DNA of 22,299 bases, taken from positions 1 to 22,299 of the forward strand of contig CAYNDB010000030.1 of NCBI GenBank assembly GCA_964395915.1, given 5' to 3'. The stretch's first letter is position 1, and every line of letters starts with the position of its first letter. The stretch is from an uncultured Nitrospinota bacterium (GTDB taxonomy: Bacteria > Nitrospinota_A > UBA7883 > JAJRTC01). The notes beneath the pieces were generated by a model, which worked only from the letters and a program-made list of their open reading frames with translations, did no database searches and was not told the DNA's origin. Positions 9,347-18,779 of the stretch are shown in pieces. The position numbers were made by a program, and so were the translations under genes.

Positions 9347-10420
9347 ATGATTTTTAATCGCCGAACACTTGAAGGTAAAATTATGATTGTCGATGACAAT
9401 CAGATAAATGTTTCTCTGCTTGAAAAGCTTTTAAGAACGGCGGATTTCACTTCTATCAAAAGCACGACTGACCCACGTGAAGCAAAAAATATATACAGGG
9501 ACTTCCAACCTGACATTTTACTGTTGGATCTTGACATGCCGCATCTGGACGGGTTTCAGGTGATGGAACAACTAAAAGAGATCGAGCGGGAAGCTTTTCT
9601 CCCGGTACTGGTTATAACAGGACGGAACGATAACGCAACATGCGTTCGCGCTCTTGAAGCCGGAGCGCTGGACTTTATTGTCAAACCTTTTGAGCCGGTG
9701 GAGGCTATCAACCGTATCCGCAATATGCTCCAGGTCCGGCTGATGCATAAACAGGTTCGCGATCAGAATCGATTATTAGAAGACAAAGTCCGCGAGCGGA
9801 CAAAAGAACTTCATGAAACGCGACTGGATGTGATCCATCATCTTGGTCGGGCGGCTGAGTATCGTGATAACGAGACGGGAATGCACATTATCCGCATGGG
9901 AAAGGCGGCCTATCTTCTGGGAAAAGCTATGCGCTGGGATGACGATCAATGCGAGCTTTTGCTTCAAGCCAGCCCGATGCATGACATAGGCAAGATAGGC
10001 ATACCCGACAAAATTCTTCTAAAACCTGGCAAGCTCGCCCATGAAGAGTGGGAAATAATGAAAACGCACACCACGATAGGCGCGGAACTACTCTCGGGCC
10101 ATTCTTCAGATCTGATGGTAATGGCGCGAAGCATCGCCTTGACCCATCATGAAAAATGGGACGGCTCGGGCTATCCAAACGGGCTTAAAGGTGAAGATAT
10201 TCCCATGGAAGGGAGAATCTGCGCGATCAGCGATGTGTTTGACGCTCTTACATCTGACCGTCCATATAAAAAAGCTTGGAGCATTGAAGACGCAATTGCG
10301 GAAGTCTATCGTGGCGCAGGCAAGCATTTTGATCCTAACCTTATTGCTCAATTCAAGATAATCCTGCCGGAAATTCTTGCTATTAAAGAACAGTTTGCGG
10401 ACATACCTGTTAGCAAATAA
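9347..10420 (+). CDS. Response regulator with REC receiver and HD-GYP (c-di-GMP phosphodiesterase) domains
   Basis: The N-terminal REC has 'IMIVDDNQ...[12 protein letters not shown]...LVITG'. The C-terminal HD-GYP has '[13 protein letters not shown]' and '[14 protein letters not shown]'. The true start may be the internal Met at about 9383. No histidine kinase is adjacent. Confidence 0.85.
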   Translation: MIFNRRTLEGKIMIVDDNQINVSLLEKLLRTADFTSIKSTTDPREAKNIYRDFQPDILLLDLDMPHLDGFQVMEQLKEIEREAFLPVLVITGRNDNATCVRALEAGALDFIVKPFEPVEAINRIRNMLQVRLMHKQVRDQNRLLEDKVRERTKELHETRLDVIHHLGRAAEYRDNETGMHIIRMGKAAYLLGKAMRWDDDQCELLLQASPMHDIGKIGIPDKILLKPGKLAHEEWEIMKTHTTIGAELLSGHSSDLMVMARSIALTHHEKWDGSGYPNGLKGEDIPMEGRICAISDVFDALTSDRPYKKAWSIEDAIAEVYRGAGKHFDPNLIAQFKIILPEILAIKEQFADIPVSK

Positions 10421-10626
10421 TATTCGCGTCCATTCATCATTATCTTGACACCGGAATATGCGATATTTTCCACGCCTCTGTTTTTGCCTGATCCAATATC
10501 TGGCGCATGGCTCCACAAATATCATCGGGCGCAATTGGTCTAAAAAATAATACTTTTATCCCGGGTTCACTTTCATCCTTTCGCTCCTGCCAAGAAGGCG
10601 CGAGTCCAGATAATGATGTTCATTGC

Positions 10627-10638
10627 CTGTTGCAACAG
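10627..10638. promoter_or_regulatory. 12-bp perfect palindrome CTGTTGCAACAG in the 547-bp non-coding region upstream of ccp
   Basis: Read directly from the sequence. It is a candidate operator for a dimeric regulator of the ccp-sensor kinase operon. Confidence 0.3.
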
Positions 10639-10967
10639 CTAAAAACCTCATGAGGCGCTAGGCAATATGTCCCTAAACACTGTATACTTAGGGTGTTGGA
10701 AGAATATGTTAATACTGCGGGCGGACTAAAAGCTTAAACTACGCATGGTTCATTGCAGAATTATTAACACGAGGAGCCGAAAATCTAAAGAAGCCGAAAC
10801 TGTATCTTATAATCAGGTCTTTAATGCGCCGTTCCGGCCGACGACCTGCAATCCACCATATCTTGCTATCCAAAGATGGGATGTTAACAGTTTGGAGCAG
10901 GGATTAAATAGGGGCTGTTATTAGAACCTTTTATAAAAAGGCTTAATATGAAGATCGTGTCGAGGTC

Positions 10968-11999
10968 TTGTCTCCAATGAAAAAATGGTTGGTGTTATTT
11001 GTGATAGCTATTCTTGTAGCTATCGCAATCTCATGGGTGACCTGTCTGGAACCACCCGTAAAAAGCAAAACGACATATCTTGTAAAAAACAGAGGAAATC
11101 CTGCGACGGGAGGAGAGCCTATATCCCCAATCCCTCTCAACATTGATCTCGATTCAAGAAAAGTGGCTCTTGGAAAGCTTCTGTTCCATGACCCACGTCT
11201 GTCACGAGATGACAGCATATCGTGCGCCCACTGTCATGATCTGGCCAATGGAGGAATGGACGGTTTGCCAAGGTCTATCGGTGTGGATGGGCGTGAGGGA
11301 GTTATAAACGCTCCAACGGTATTTAACAGCGGACTGAACTTCAAGCAGTTTTGGGATGGGAGAGCGAACACGCTGGAAGAACAGATCGACGGCCCAATAT
11401 CCAACAAAAACGAGATGGACTCGTCATGGGACGAGATAATCGGGAAGCTTACTCGAGACGATGAGTTAAAAGCCTTGTTCCGCGCCTCATACAAAGATGG
11501 GATTACAACCGATAACATAAAAAACGCTATCGCCACTTTTGAGCGCTCCCTTATCACACCGAACGCCCCTTTCGACCGGTTTCTGCGTGGTGAGAAGGGC
11601 ACGATAACAGACCAGGCGAAACAGGGCTATATACTTTTCAAACAATACGGTTGCATTGCGTGTCACCAGGGAATGAATATAGGTGGCAATATGTTCCATA
11701 CTTTAGACGTCATGGATGATCATTTTAAAGACAAGAAAAAGATGACAATCGCCGACCTGGGACGTTTTAACGTCACAGGCGATGAAGATGACAAGTATGT
11801 ATTCCGTGTCCCAAGTTTGCGGAATGTGGCCATCACGTCGCCATACTTTCATGACAGCCATGCGGAATCCCTCGAAAAGGCAGTGGAGGAAATGGCCAAG
11901 GATCAGCTCATGAGAAATATTCCCAAGGAGCATATACAGCTCATCGTTAAATTTCTTGAATCACTTACAGGTGAATATGAAGGTGAGCCTCTAAAATGA
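10968..11999 (+). CDS. ccp: Di-haem cytochrome c peroxidase (CCP/MauG family), membrane-anchored or secreted
   Basis: Two haem sites, CAHCH and CIACHQG. CCP signatures 'QFWDGRA', 'PFDRFL' and 'PSLRNVAITSPYFHDS'. N-terminal hydrophobic anchor/signal 'KKWLVLFVIAILVAIAISWV'. The stop overlaps the ATG of the downstream kinase. Confidence 0.88.
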   Translation: MSPMKKWLVLFVIAILVAIAISWVTCLEPPVKSKTTYLVKNRGNPATGGEPISPIPLNIDLDSRKVALGKLLFHDPRLSRDDSISCAHCHDLANGGMDGLPRSIGVDGREGVINAPTVFNSGLNFKQFWDGRANTLEEQIDGPISNKNEMDSSWDEIIGKLTRDDELKALFRASYKDGITTDNIKNAIATFERSLITPNAPFDRFLRGEKGTITDQAKQGYILFKQYGCIACHQGMNIGGNMFHTLDVMDDHFKDKKKMTIADLGRFNVTGDEDDKYVFRVPSLRNVAITSPYFHDSHAESLEKAVEEMAKDQLMRNIPKEHIQLIVKFLESLTGEYEGEPLK

Positions 12000-14900
12000 T
12001 AAACCTGAGATTCAAGCAGATTGCCATAGCGGTATTACTGGTGGCCCTGCTGACTTTAATGTATATAAAAACCAAATCCATGGATTTTGAAAAGCATAGC
12101 GCCATCACAAACAATCTCCTGCTTTTTGAACAGGTGGACGCTACCTTGAACCAGAACATCCTTATGGCCCGCTTTAGCCTGTTAAACAACTATGACCCTA
12201 TCATCCGTGATATTAGCAGGATAAAAAAGATCACAAGCGAATTGCGGAAGGACCTTCATTCCACGCCTTTCCTTGATGATACGGATACCCTGGCGGTGTT
12301 TACGGCATTGTCCAAAGCTATAGAAGATAAAGAACGATGGATTGAAAAGTTCAAGTCGAAAAACGCAATTCTCGAAAATTCACTCCGCTATTTCCCCGTG
12401 GCTGTGAGCGGGTTACAAAAGGCTTTGGTAAAAGGCTCTAAAGATTCCGATAAATTGAGAAACATTATTAACGCTCTGTTGGGCGAGTCGGCGAGTATTT
12501 CTTTTGAATCAGGAACTGAGTTCAAAAGAAATTTTAAAAACCTGCTCGATTTGCTGAGCGATTACAAGGAAAAGCTTGAAGGGGAAGTTAAAACGTGGGT
12601 GGATGTGGTGTTGCAACATGGTCGTATAATGGCTGAAGGTGTAGAAGAGGTAGGAGAGCTACTCAACGCCGTTATGTCCGCTCCCACAACTGAAAGTAGC
12701 GAGACATTGCGCAACGTTTACTCGCTCGCTTACGAAAAGGAGCTTCGTCTGGCGAATTTCTATCGTCTTGCCCTTTTTCTTATTTCCGTACTCCTCCTGT
12801 TTTTTATTATACGGATATTGATACAACTACGGAAAAGCATGGTCAGCCTGAACCAACAAAAATTCGCCATGGACCAGCACTCCATAGTCAGCGTGTCTGA
12901 TATGAACTGGAAAATAACATATGCGAACGACAAACTGGTGGAGGTGTCACAATTTTCTCTGGAAGAACTACTTGGGCAGGATCAGAGGAAAATCGACGCG
13001 GGAGAACGTAATCACGAAATTTTCTCGGAAGTCGAAAAAATTGTTTCCACTGGAAAGGTCTGGAAGGGAGAGATAATAAGCCGGAAAAAAGACGGTTCGC
13101 CCTATTGGGTGGAAACCACTATATCTCCATTTACCGACGAGAGCGGAACTCCCTATCAGTACGTGACCATACGCACAAACATAACTGAGCGGAAACTGGC
13201 CGAACAGAATCTGGCCGAAAGGGTAAATCATGCGGAATTCAACGCAAATGTAGGGGCCGCCCTGACAGAAGGTGGGCCGTTACGGGAAATTCTGCAAAAA
13301 TGCGTTGAGTTGTCGGTAAAGCATCTAGACGTTTCGTTCGCCCGTATCTGGATCTTTAATCAACAAGAGGAGATGCTGGAGTTGCAAGCGAGCGCGGGGA
13401 TGTACACTCACATCGACGGCCCCCACAGCAGGGTTCCGCTTGGGAAATTAAAGATCGGGCTGATAGCGCAAAAGCGAAAGCCGCATTTGACCAACACCGT
13501 TATAGGTGATCCGCGTGTTAACGATCAGGATTGGGCGAGGAAGGAAGGAATGACGGCTTTTGCGGGATATCCACTTATCGTTGAAAACAGGTTAGCTGGC
13601 GTGATGGCCATGTTTTCCAAGGAGGTCATCACTGAGGCTACCTTTGACACGCTTGGGTCGGTGGCGGATGAAATTGCCCTTGGTATCGAACGCAAGCGAG
13701 CGGAAAAGGAGCTCGCCCGCCTCGCCAAAGCGGTGGAACACGCGGCAGAAACGATACTCATAACTGATGTGGAAGGAGTAATCAATTATGTAAATCCCGC
13801 GTTTGAACGGATCACCGGATACAGCAGGGATGAAGCTATCGGCAAAAACCCGAGCTTTCTTAAAAGCGGCGTACATGACAATAGTTTTTATAAAAATATG
13901 TGGGGGACCATCACAAAAGGTCAGGTGTGGTCTGGCAGGGTAACAAACCGTAGAAAGAGCGGCGAGCAGTATAAAGAGGAGAGCACTATCTCGCCTATCA
14001 CTGACCACTCTGGAGCGGTAGTGGGCTACGTGGCTGTAAAAAAAGATGTGACCGAGGAGTTGAAAATGGAGCGGCAGGCCCAGCAATCGCAGAAGATGGA
14101 AGCCATCGGGACATTGGCTGGTGGCATAGCGCATGATTTTAACAACATACTCACAGCTATCATAGGTTATGCCGAGATGACCGCGGAAGGTTTTCCCGCA
14201 AATAGCGAAACGCGGGAAAATCTGAATGAAATCCTCCATGCCGGGAACAGGGCAAAAGAGCTTGTAAAACAGATACTGGCTTTCAGCAGGCAAAATGACA
14301 AGACGCTAAAACCGCTTTATCCACATCTTATCGTGAAAGAATCGCTTCGGCTTCTCCGGGCGACTGTGCCTTCGACCATCGAGATAATAGAAGACACAGA
14401 TAAATCTTCCGGCGCGATTCTCGCCGACGCCACGCAGCTAAGCCAGGTGATTATGAACCTTTGCACAAACGCCGAATACGTTATGCGTAAAACAGGGGGT
14501 GTTCTTACGATCAGTTTAAAGCCAGTTAAAGTGAACGCAAAATTAGCTTCCGCCCATAATGGTTTGCAAGAGGGTTCGTATGTCCGGCTGACGGTTGGCG
14601 ACACGGGAAGCGGTATGGACAGAAAAACTTTGGAGCGAATATTCGAGCCTTTCTTTACGACCAAATCGCAGGGTGAAGGGACAGGGATGGGCTTATCGGC
14701 GGTGCATGGCATTGTCGCAAGCTATGGCGGCGCAATTGTTGTTGAAAGCAAAATTGGCCAGGGAACCATATTCCACGTTTATTTGCCACAAATTAAAAAA
14801 GACGTAAGCCTGGGAGATGAAACCATTTTAGATGTTGAAAGAGGCGAAGAAAGCGTTTTATTTGTGGATGATGAGCAGAGTATCGCCTTATTAGGCAAAA

Positions 14901-15208
14901 AAATCCTTGAGCGATTAGGCTACAAGGTTGTTTCCAGCACGAGCGCTCAGGAAGCTTTGGATATATTTCTCAAGGCTCCTGAAAAGTTCGACATAGTTAT
15001 AACAGATCAAACGATGCCCGAAATGACAGGTTTTGATCTCGCTGGAGAAATAATGCGCATCAGCCCTGACATGCCAATTATTTTATGCACCGGTTATAGT
15101 CACACAATAGATGAGGAACAAGCCAGAAGTATAGGCATTAAAGAATATGTTATGAAGCCAATTAAAACGCATGAACTGGCAAAGGTAATACGCAGAGTTT
15201 TGAATTAG
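11996..15208 (+). CDS. Hybrid sensor histidine kinase: TM, ~225-aa periplasmic helical sensor domain, TM, PAS, GAF, PAS, HisKA, HATPase and C-terminal REC
   Basis: TM1 is at about aa 9-25 and TM2 at about aa 250-270 ('LALFLISVLLLFFIIRILI'). PAS motifs are 'NWKITYANDKL...GSPYWVETTISPF' and 'INYVNPAFERITGYSRDEAIG...VWSGRV'. The GAF region is 'LREILQKCVELSVKHLDVSFARIWIF'. The H-box is 'GGIAHDFNNILTAIIGYAEM', with G-boxes 'GDTGSGMD' and 'GTGMGLS'. The receiver is 'VLFVDDEQSIA...ITDQTMPEMTGFDL...ILCTGY'. Confidence 0.9.
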   Translation: MINLRFKQIAIAVLLVALLTLMYIKTKSMDFEKHSAITNNLLLFEQVDATLNQNILMARFSLLNNYDPIIRDISRIKKITSELRKDLHSTPFLDDTDTLAVFTALSKAIEDKERWIEKFKSKNAILENSLRYFPVAVSGLQKALVKGSKDSDKLRNIINALLGESASISFESGTEFKRNFKNLLDLLSDYKEKLEGEVKTWVDVVLQHGRIMAEGVEEVGELLNAVMSAPTTESSETLRNVYSLAYEKELRLANFYRLALFLISVLLLFFIIRILIQLRKSMVSLNQQKFAMDQHSIVSVSDMNWKITYANDKLVEVSQFSLEELLGQDQRKIDAGERNHEIFSEVEKIVSTGKVWKGEIISRKKDGSPYWVETTISPFTDESGTPYQYVTIRTNITERKLAEQNLAERVNHAEFNANVGAALTEGGPLREILQKCVELSVKHLDVSFARIWIFNQQEEMLELQASAGMYTHIDGPHSRVPLGKLKIGLIAQKRKPHLTNTVIGDPRVNDQDWARKEGMTAFAGYPLIVENRLAGVMAMFSKEVITEATFDTLGSVADEIALGIERKRAEKELARLAKAVEHAAETILITDVEGVINYVNPAFERITGYSRDEAIGKNPSFLKSGVHDNSFYKNMWGTITKGQVWSGRVTNRRKSGEQYKEESTISPITDHSGAVVGYVAVKKDVTEELKMERQAQQSQKMEAIGTLAGGIAHDFNNILTAIIGYAEMTAEGFPANSETRENLNEILHAGNRAKELVKQILAFSRQNDKTLKPLYPHLIVKESLRLLRATVPSTIEIIEDTDKSSGAILADATQLSQVIMNLCTNAEYVMRKTGGVLTISLKPVKVNAKLASAHNGLQEGSYVRLTVGDTGSGMDRKTLERIFEPFFTTKSQGEGTGMGLSAVHGIVASYGGAIVVESKIGQGTIFHVYLPQIKKDVSLGDETILDVERGEESVLFVDDEQSIALLGKKILERLGYKVVSSTSAQEALDIFLKAPEKFDIVITDQTMPEMTGFDLAGEIMRISPDMPIILCTGYSHTIDEEQARSIGIKEYVMKPIKTHELAKVIRRVLN

Positions 15209-15265
15209 ATTTCCCATCATTGGAAAGAGTTCACTCTCGACACAAAGGGCCTGTAATAAAGACGG

Positions 15266-16513
15266 TTACACGTTAGATGAACGGCCCCCTTTAGAGCCGA
15301 TGGTTTCTTCCGGGTAGGCGTCGATATTATGGATGGAAAGATCGGAACCCTCAATTTCCTGCTCTTTAGTCAGGCGCAATCCAATGGTAATGTCGATAAG
15401 CGTATACACGCAATAACCGGCGACAAGCGCAACCATAACCCCCGCTCCGGTTCCTATTAGCTGCGAGAGAAGTGTAACGTCGCCCATTCCACCAAGCTGT
15501 TTGAGCCCAAAGATACCGCAAGCGACGCCGCCCCACGCTCCGCATATTCCATGCAGTGGCCAGACACCGAGCACATCGTCTATTTTGAGTTTCTCCTGCT
15601 CAAATATAAACCCTTTGACAAAAATTATTCCGGCGACACCGCCGACAATCAACGCGCCCAGCGGATGATATTGATCCGATCCAGCGCAGACAGCCACCAG
15701 CCCCGCTAACGCTCCGTTATGGACAAACCCGGGATCGTTTTTGGAGATAACCAGCGCGGCGATGATCCCACCCACCATAGACATCAGAGAATTTACAGCA
15801 ACAAGCCCCGTGATACCGGTGATCTGTTGCGCGCTCATTACGTTAAACCCGAACCAGCCGATGCAGAGCATCCATGTGCCCAGCGCCAGCATTGGTATGT
15901 TGCTTACCGGTATCGGCCTGGATACGCCATCGACCCAGCGGCCATTGCGCGCTCCCAACTTAATGACAGCCACAAGGGCAAGCCATCCTCCCATGGCGTG
16001 GACAACCACCGATCCTGCGAAATCATGAAAGGGAGCCCCTCCGATTCTTTCAAGCAAAGACCCTTCCTGGCCGAGCAATGTGAGCCTGCCCCAGACCATT
16101 CCCTCGAAAATGGGATAGACAATAGCGACGAATATCATCGAGGCCAAAACCTGGGGCCAAAACCTGGATCGTTCCGCAATTCCGCCAGAGATGATAGCTG
16201 GAATGGCGGCGGCAAAAGTTAAAAGAAAGAAAAATCGGGCAAGGTCGTAGCCTCGTAAAGAGCCGACGATCTCTTCGGCGGAGCCGAAAAATGTCAAACC
16301 ATACGCAAGAGGAAAACCTATGAAAAAATAGATAACCGCCGAGAATGCGAAATCGGACAAAATCTTCACGAGAGCGTTAACCTGATTCTTCTTTCGTACA
16401 GTGCCAACCTCCAGAAAGGCGAAGCCTCCGTGCATTGCAAAAACCATCACCGCTCCCAACATCAGGAACAAAACATCCGCGCTGTTTTTAAGTTCGCCTA
16501 TTTCCGCCATCAT
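15266..16513 (-). CDS. amtB: Ammonium transporter (Amt/AmtB family), no cleavable signal peptide
   Basis: The 415-aa polytopic protein has Amt hallmarks ('FLMLGAVMVFAMHGGFAFLEVG', 'DFAGSVVVHAMGGWLALVAVIKLGAR', 'GVWPLHGICGAWGGVA'). It sits 59 nt downstream of glnK, the classical glnK-amtB pair. Confidence 0.92.
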   Translation of the reverse strand: MMAEIGELKNSADVLFLMLGAVMVFAMHGGFAFLEVGTVRKKNQVNALVKILSDFAFSAVIYFFIGFPLAYGLTFFGSAEEIVGSLRGYDLARFFFLLTFAAAIPAIISGGIAERSRFWPQVLASMIFVAIVYPIFEGMVWGRLTLLGQEGSLLERIGGAPFHDFAGSVVVHAMGGWLALVAVIKLGARNGRWVDGVSRPIPVSNIPMLALGTWMLCIGWFGFNVMSAQQITGITGLVAVNSLMSMVGGIIAALVISKNDPGFVHNGALAGLVAVCAGSDQYHPLGALIVGGVAGIIFVKGFIFEQEKLKIDDVLGVWPLHGICGAWGGVACGIFGLKQLGGMGDVTLLSQLIGTGAGVMVALVAGYCVYTLIDITIGLRLTKEQEIEGSDLSIHNIDAYPEETIGSKGGRSSNV

Positions 16514-16572
16514 GTACCTTTAACGCATGAATTGTTTATAAACTCGTTTCTTCAAAATCGAACAGGATCGAT

Positions 16573-16983
<411 letters not shown>

Positions 16984-17007
16984 TCATCTCCACCTGCGTT
17001 ACAGGCT

Positions 17008-18768
17008 TTAATTCATTTTCTTCGATTCTGAGCCGATGCCCATTCCCTTCGTCAGGTTGCTGTCTCCCAATATGGCGAACGCTCCTTCAAGGCTGCCCCC
17101 GCCAGAGCCGCTTTGGACCTGAACGCGCGGCGTTTTTACGATGTCAGGATTTTTGACCGCCGCCCGAAGAAGCTTGTCGATAACGGCAAGCTGCATCGTC
17201 TTGTCCTTGCCAAGCACGGCCACCTGGGCGCTCTGCCCTTTGGCGATCTCCTGTAGCTTCAGCTTTTCACCCTGCCCTTCAAACTGCTTGGCCGCCATAC
17301 GGTGTTTCGCCGACTTCTCTTCGATTTTAGCTTCCATCAGCGAATGCTGCTGATTGGCTTCCGCAATCGCCTTTTCAACTTCGATACGCTTTTTCTGGGC
17401 CGCTTCTTCCTCTATAAAGGTTTGCTGCATCTGCTTGGCCAGTTGTTCGCGTTTACGCGCCACCAGAAGCTCTGGCGGAATAACAGGATCGCCAAACCGC
17501 ACATCTCTGACGATCAAGCCAAATTTGGCCCCCTGCGCTTTAAGCGCCGCCAACACCTTATCCTCCAGATAAGCGCGTTTATTGCGCAAATCGAGAACAC
17601 GGGTTCCCTTAGCGGCTTTTGCGGCTTCTCCACGAGCCTGGTACTCGGCGTTGATAATATTTTTCACAACACTGCGGACAAGCGGCGTAAAGATTTTCTC
17701 TTCGAGCTGTTCGAGGTTGCCAATGGCGGCGAAAATAACCGGCGCGTTCTTTGGATCAACCTGCACGAGGGCCCGCATTTCTATAGGGACCTCCCATCCA
17801 TCAACCTTGAGTATTATTGCGCTGTCAGCGGCGTTTGCCGGGATGGATACTCCTTCCGATTTAATTTTCTGATCGATCTGCCCGTCCCGCTTGACGGTAA
17901 GATCTATCCACCGTTTCGTATACCCGCCAACGTAACCCAAAGTCTGAACTCGCGAGGGTATGGGGATGATTTTGTATGCGCTCTCGCTCATGTAATAAAC
18001 ACCCGGAGCCAGAACCTTGCTCCAGACGCCGCGGCAGCCCTTTGGAACAAGCCGGACAGAAAAGGAAACACCTTTCTGCAGTGGCACAGGTTCGCACTTG
18101 GCGCCGACCGGTGATGGAGCCATTGACTTGACTACGCCCACATATCCCGGCGGCACCTTCCGCGCCGGTTTGTTTTGTATCGAAAAAAGATAGGGGTTAT
18201 AGCGATATTTGCCCGGCTTCAACACCGTGGACTGAGGGCCTTTCTGCCCCTTGCCTTCACCCAGAAAGTATTCCGCTTTCAGCATATCGTTTTCCGAGCC
18301 CGCTTTCCATCTGTCGGCGAAATTCTGCCCGTCCCGTAACGGAAGACCGTCTTTGGCGGTAATCATTCCATAGCTGCCCAAGGAGACTTCATGCACAGGA
18401 AAGGATTCCACATCGTACAACACGTTCAGCAGAGGCTTGAAATTAAGTCCAGGCCCCAATATTTCGGCCTGCGGGCCGGTCTCACCATTAACTGCGATTA
18501 TCCGTCCGCTCTCCAGGCTTTTAAAGCCATACACCTTGCTGAGCGAACCTATTTTATCGGAGTCGATAACGACATACGACGTGTTGACGGCAAGAAGCAA
18601 GGCCACAAAAGCCAGGGCGCCACGCAAAGGCATGCGCATCCACCCAAGCGGTATTTCTTCTCCGGCGCGGGTCACATGCTTGTCACTTATCTTGAAATAA
18701 TCGGGTATCATGCCTGGCAAAAATATAGCTGCGCCAGCGCATACGACCACTAAAAACAAAGCGTCCAT
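17008..18768 (-). CDS. Flotillin-like SPFH/band-7 family membrane protein (YqiK-like) with N-terminal TM segments and a C-terminal coiled-coil
   Basis: Two N-terminal hydrophobic segments. The SPFH core is 'IPIEMRALVQVDPKNAPVIFAAIG...FTPLVRSVVKNIINAEYQARGE...LIVRDVRFGDPVIPPELL', followed by an E/A/K/Q-rich coiled-coil. The start is 11 nt downstream of the octahaem cytochrome stop. Confidence 0.75.
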   Translation of the reverse strand: MDALFLVVVCAGAAIFLPGMIPDYFKISDKHVTRAGEEIPLGWMRMPLRGALAFVALLLAVNTSYVVIDSDKIGSLSKVYGFKSLESGRIIAVNGETGPQAEILGPGLNFKPLLNVLYDVESFPVHEVSLGSYGMITAKDGLPLRDGQNFADRWKAGSENDMLKAEYFLGEGKGQKGPQSTVLKPGKYRYNPYLFSIQNKPARKVPPGYVGVVKSMAPSPVGAKCEPVPLQKGVSFSVRLVPKGCRGVWSKVLAPGVYYMSESAYKIIPIPSRVQTLGYVGGYTKRWIDLTVKRDGQIDQKIKSEGVSIPANAADSAIILKVDGWEVPIEMRALVQVDPKNAPVIFAAIGNLEQLEEKIFTPLVRSVVKNIINAEYQARGEAAKAAKGTRVLDLRNKRAYLEDKVLAALKAQGAKFGLIVRDVRFGDPVIPPELLVARKREQLAKQMQQTFIEEEAAQKKRIEVEKAIAEANQQHSLMEAKIEEKSAKHRMAAKQFEGQGEKLKLQEIAKGQSAQVAVLGKDKTMQLAVIDKLLRAAVKNPDIVKTPRVQVQSGSGGGSLEGAFAILGDSNLTKGMGIGSESKKMN

Positions 18769-18779
18769 TACTATTCTCC

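Noticed and set aside
13592-14293. 233-aa minus-strand ORF inside the hybrid histidine kinase gene, and smaller ones at 12968-13231, 13525-13785 and 14317-14712
   Set aside because: They are antisense to a continuous 1070-aa kinase ORF with clear domain motifs.
15719-16222. 167-aa and 95-aa plus-strand ORFs inside amtB
   Set aside because: They are antisense to amtB with no motif support.
17302-18114. 270-aa plus-strand ORF, with several shorter ones (17141-17353, 17354-17572, 17582-17872, 18391-18753), inside the flotillin gene
   Set aside because: They are entirely antisense to a well-supported SPFH-family gene. They have low-complexity R/L/F-rich composition and no recognisable motifs, and are typical spurious frames in GC-rich coding DNA.
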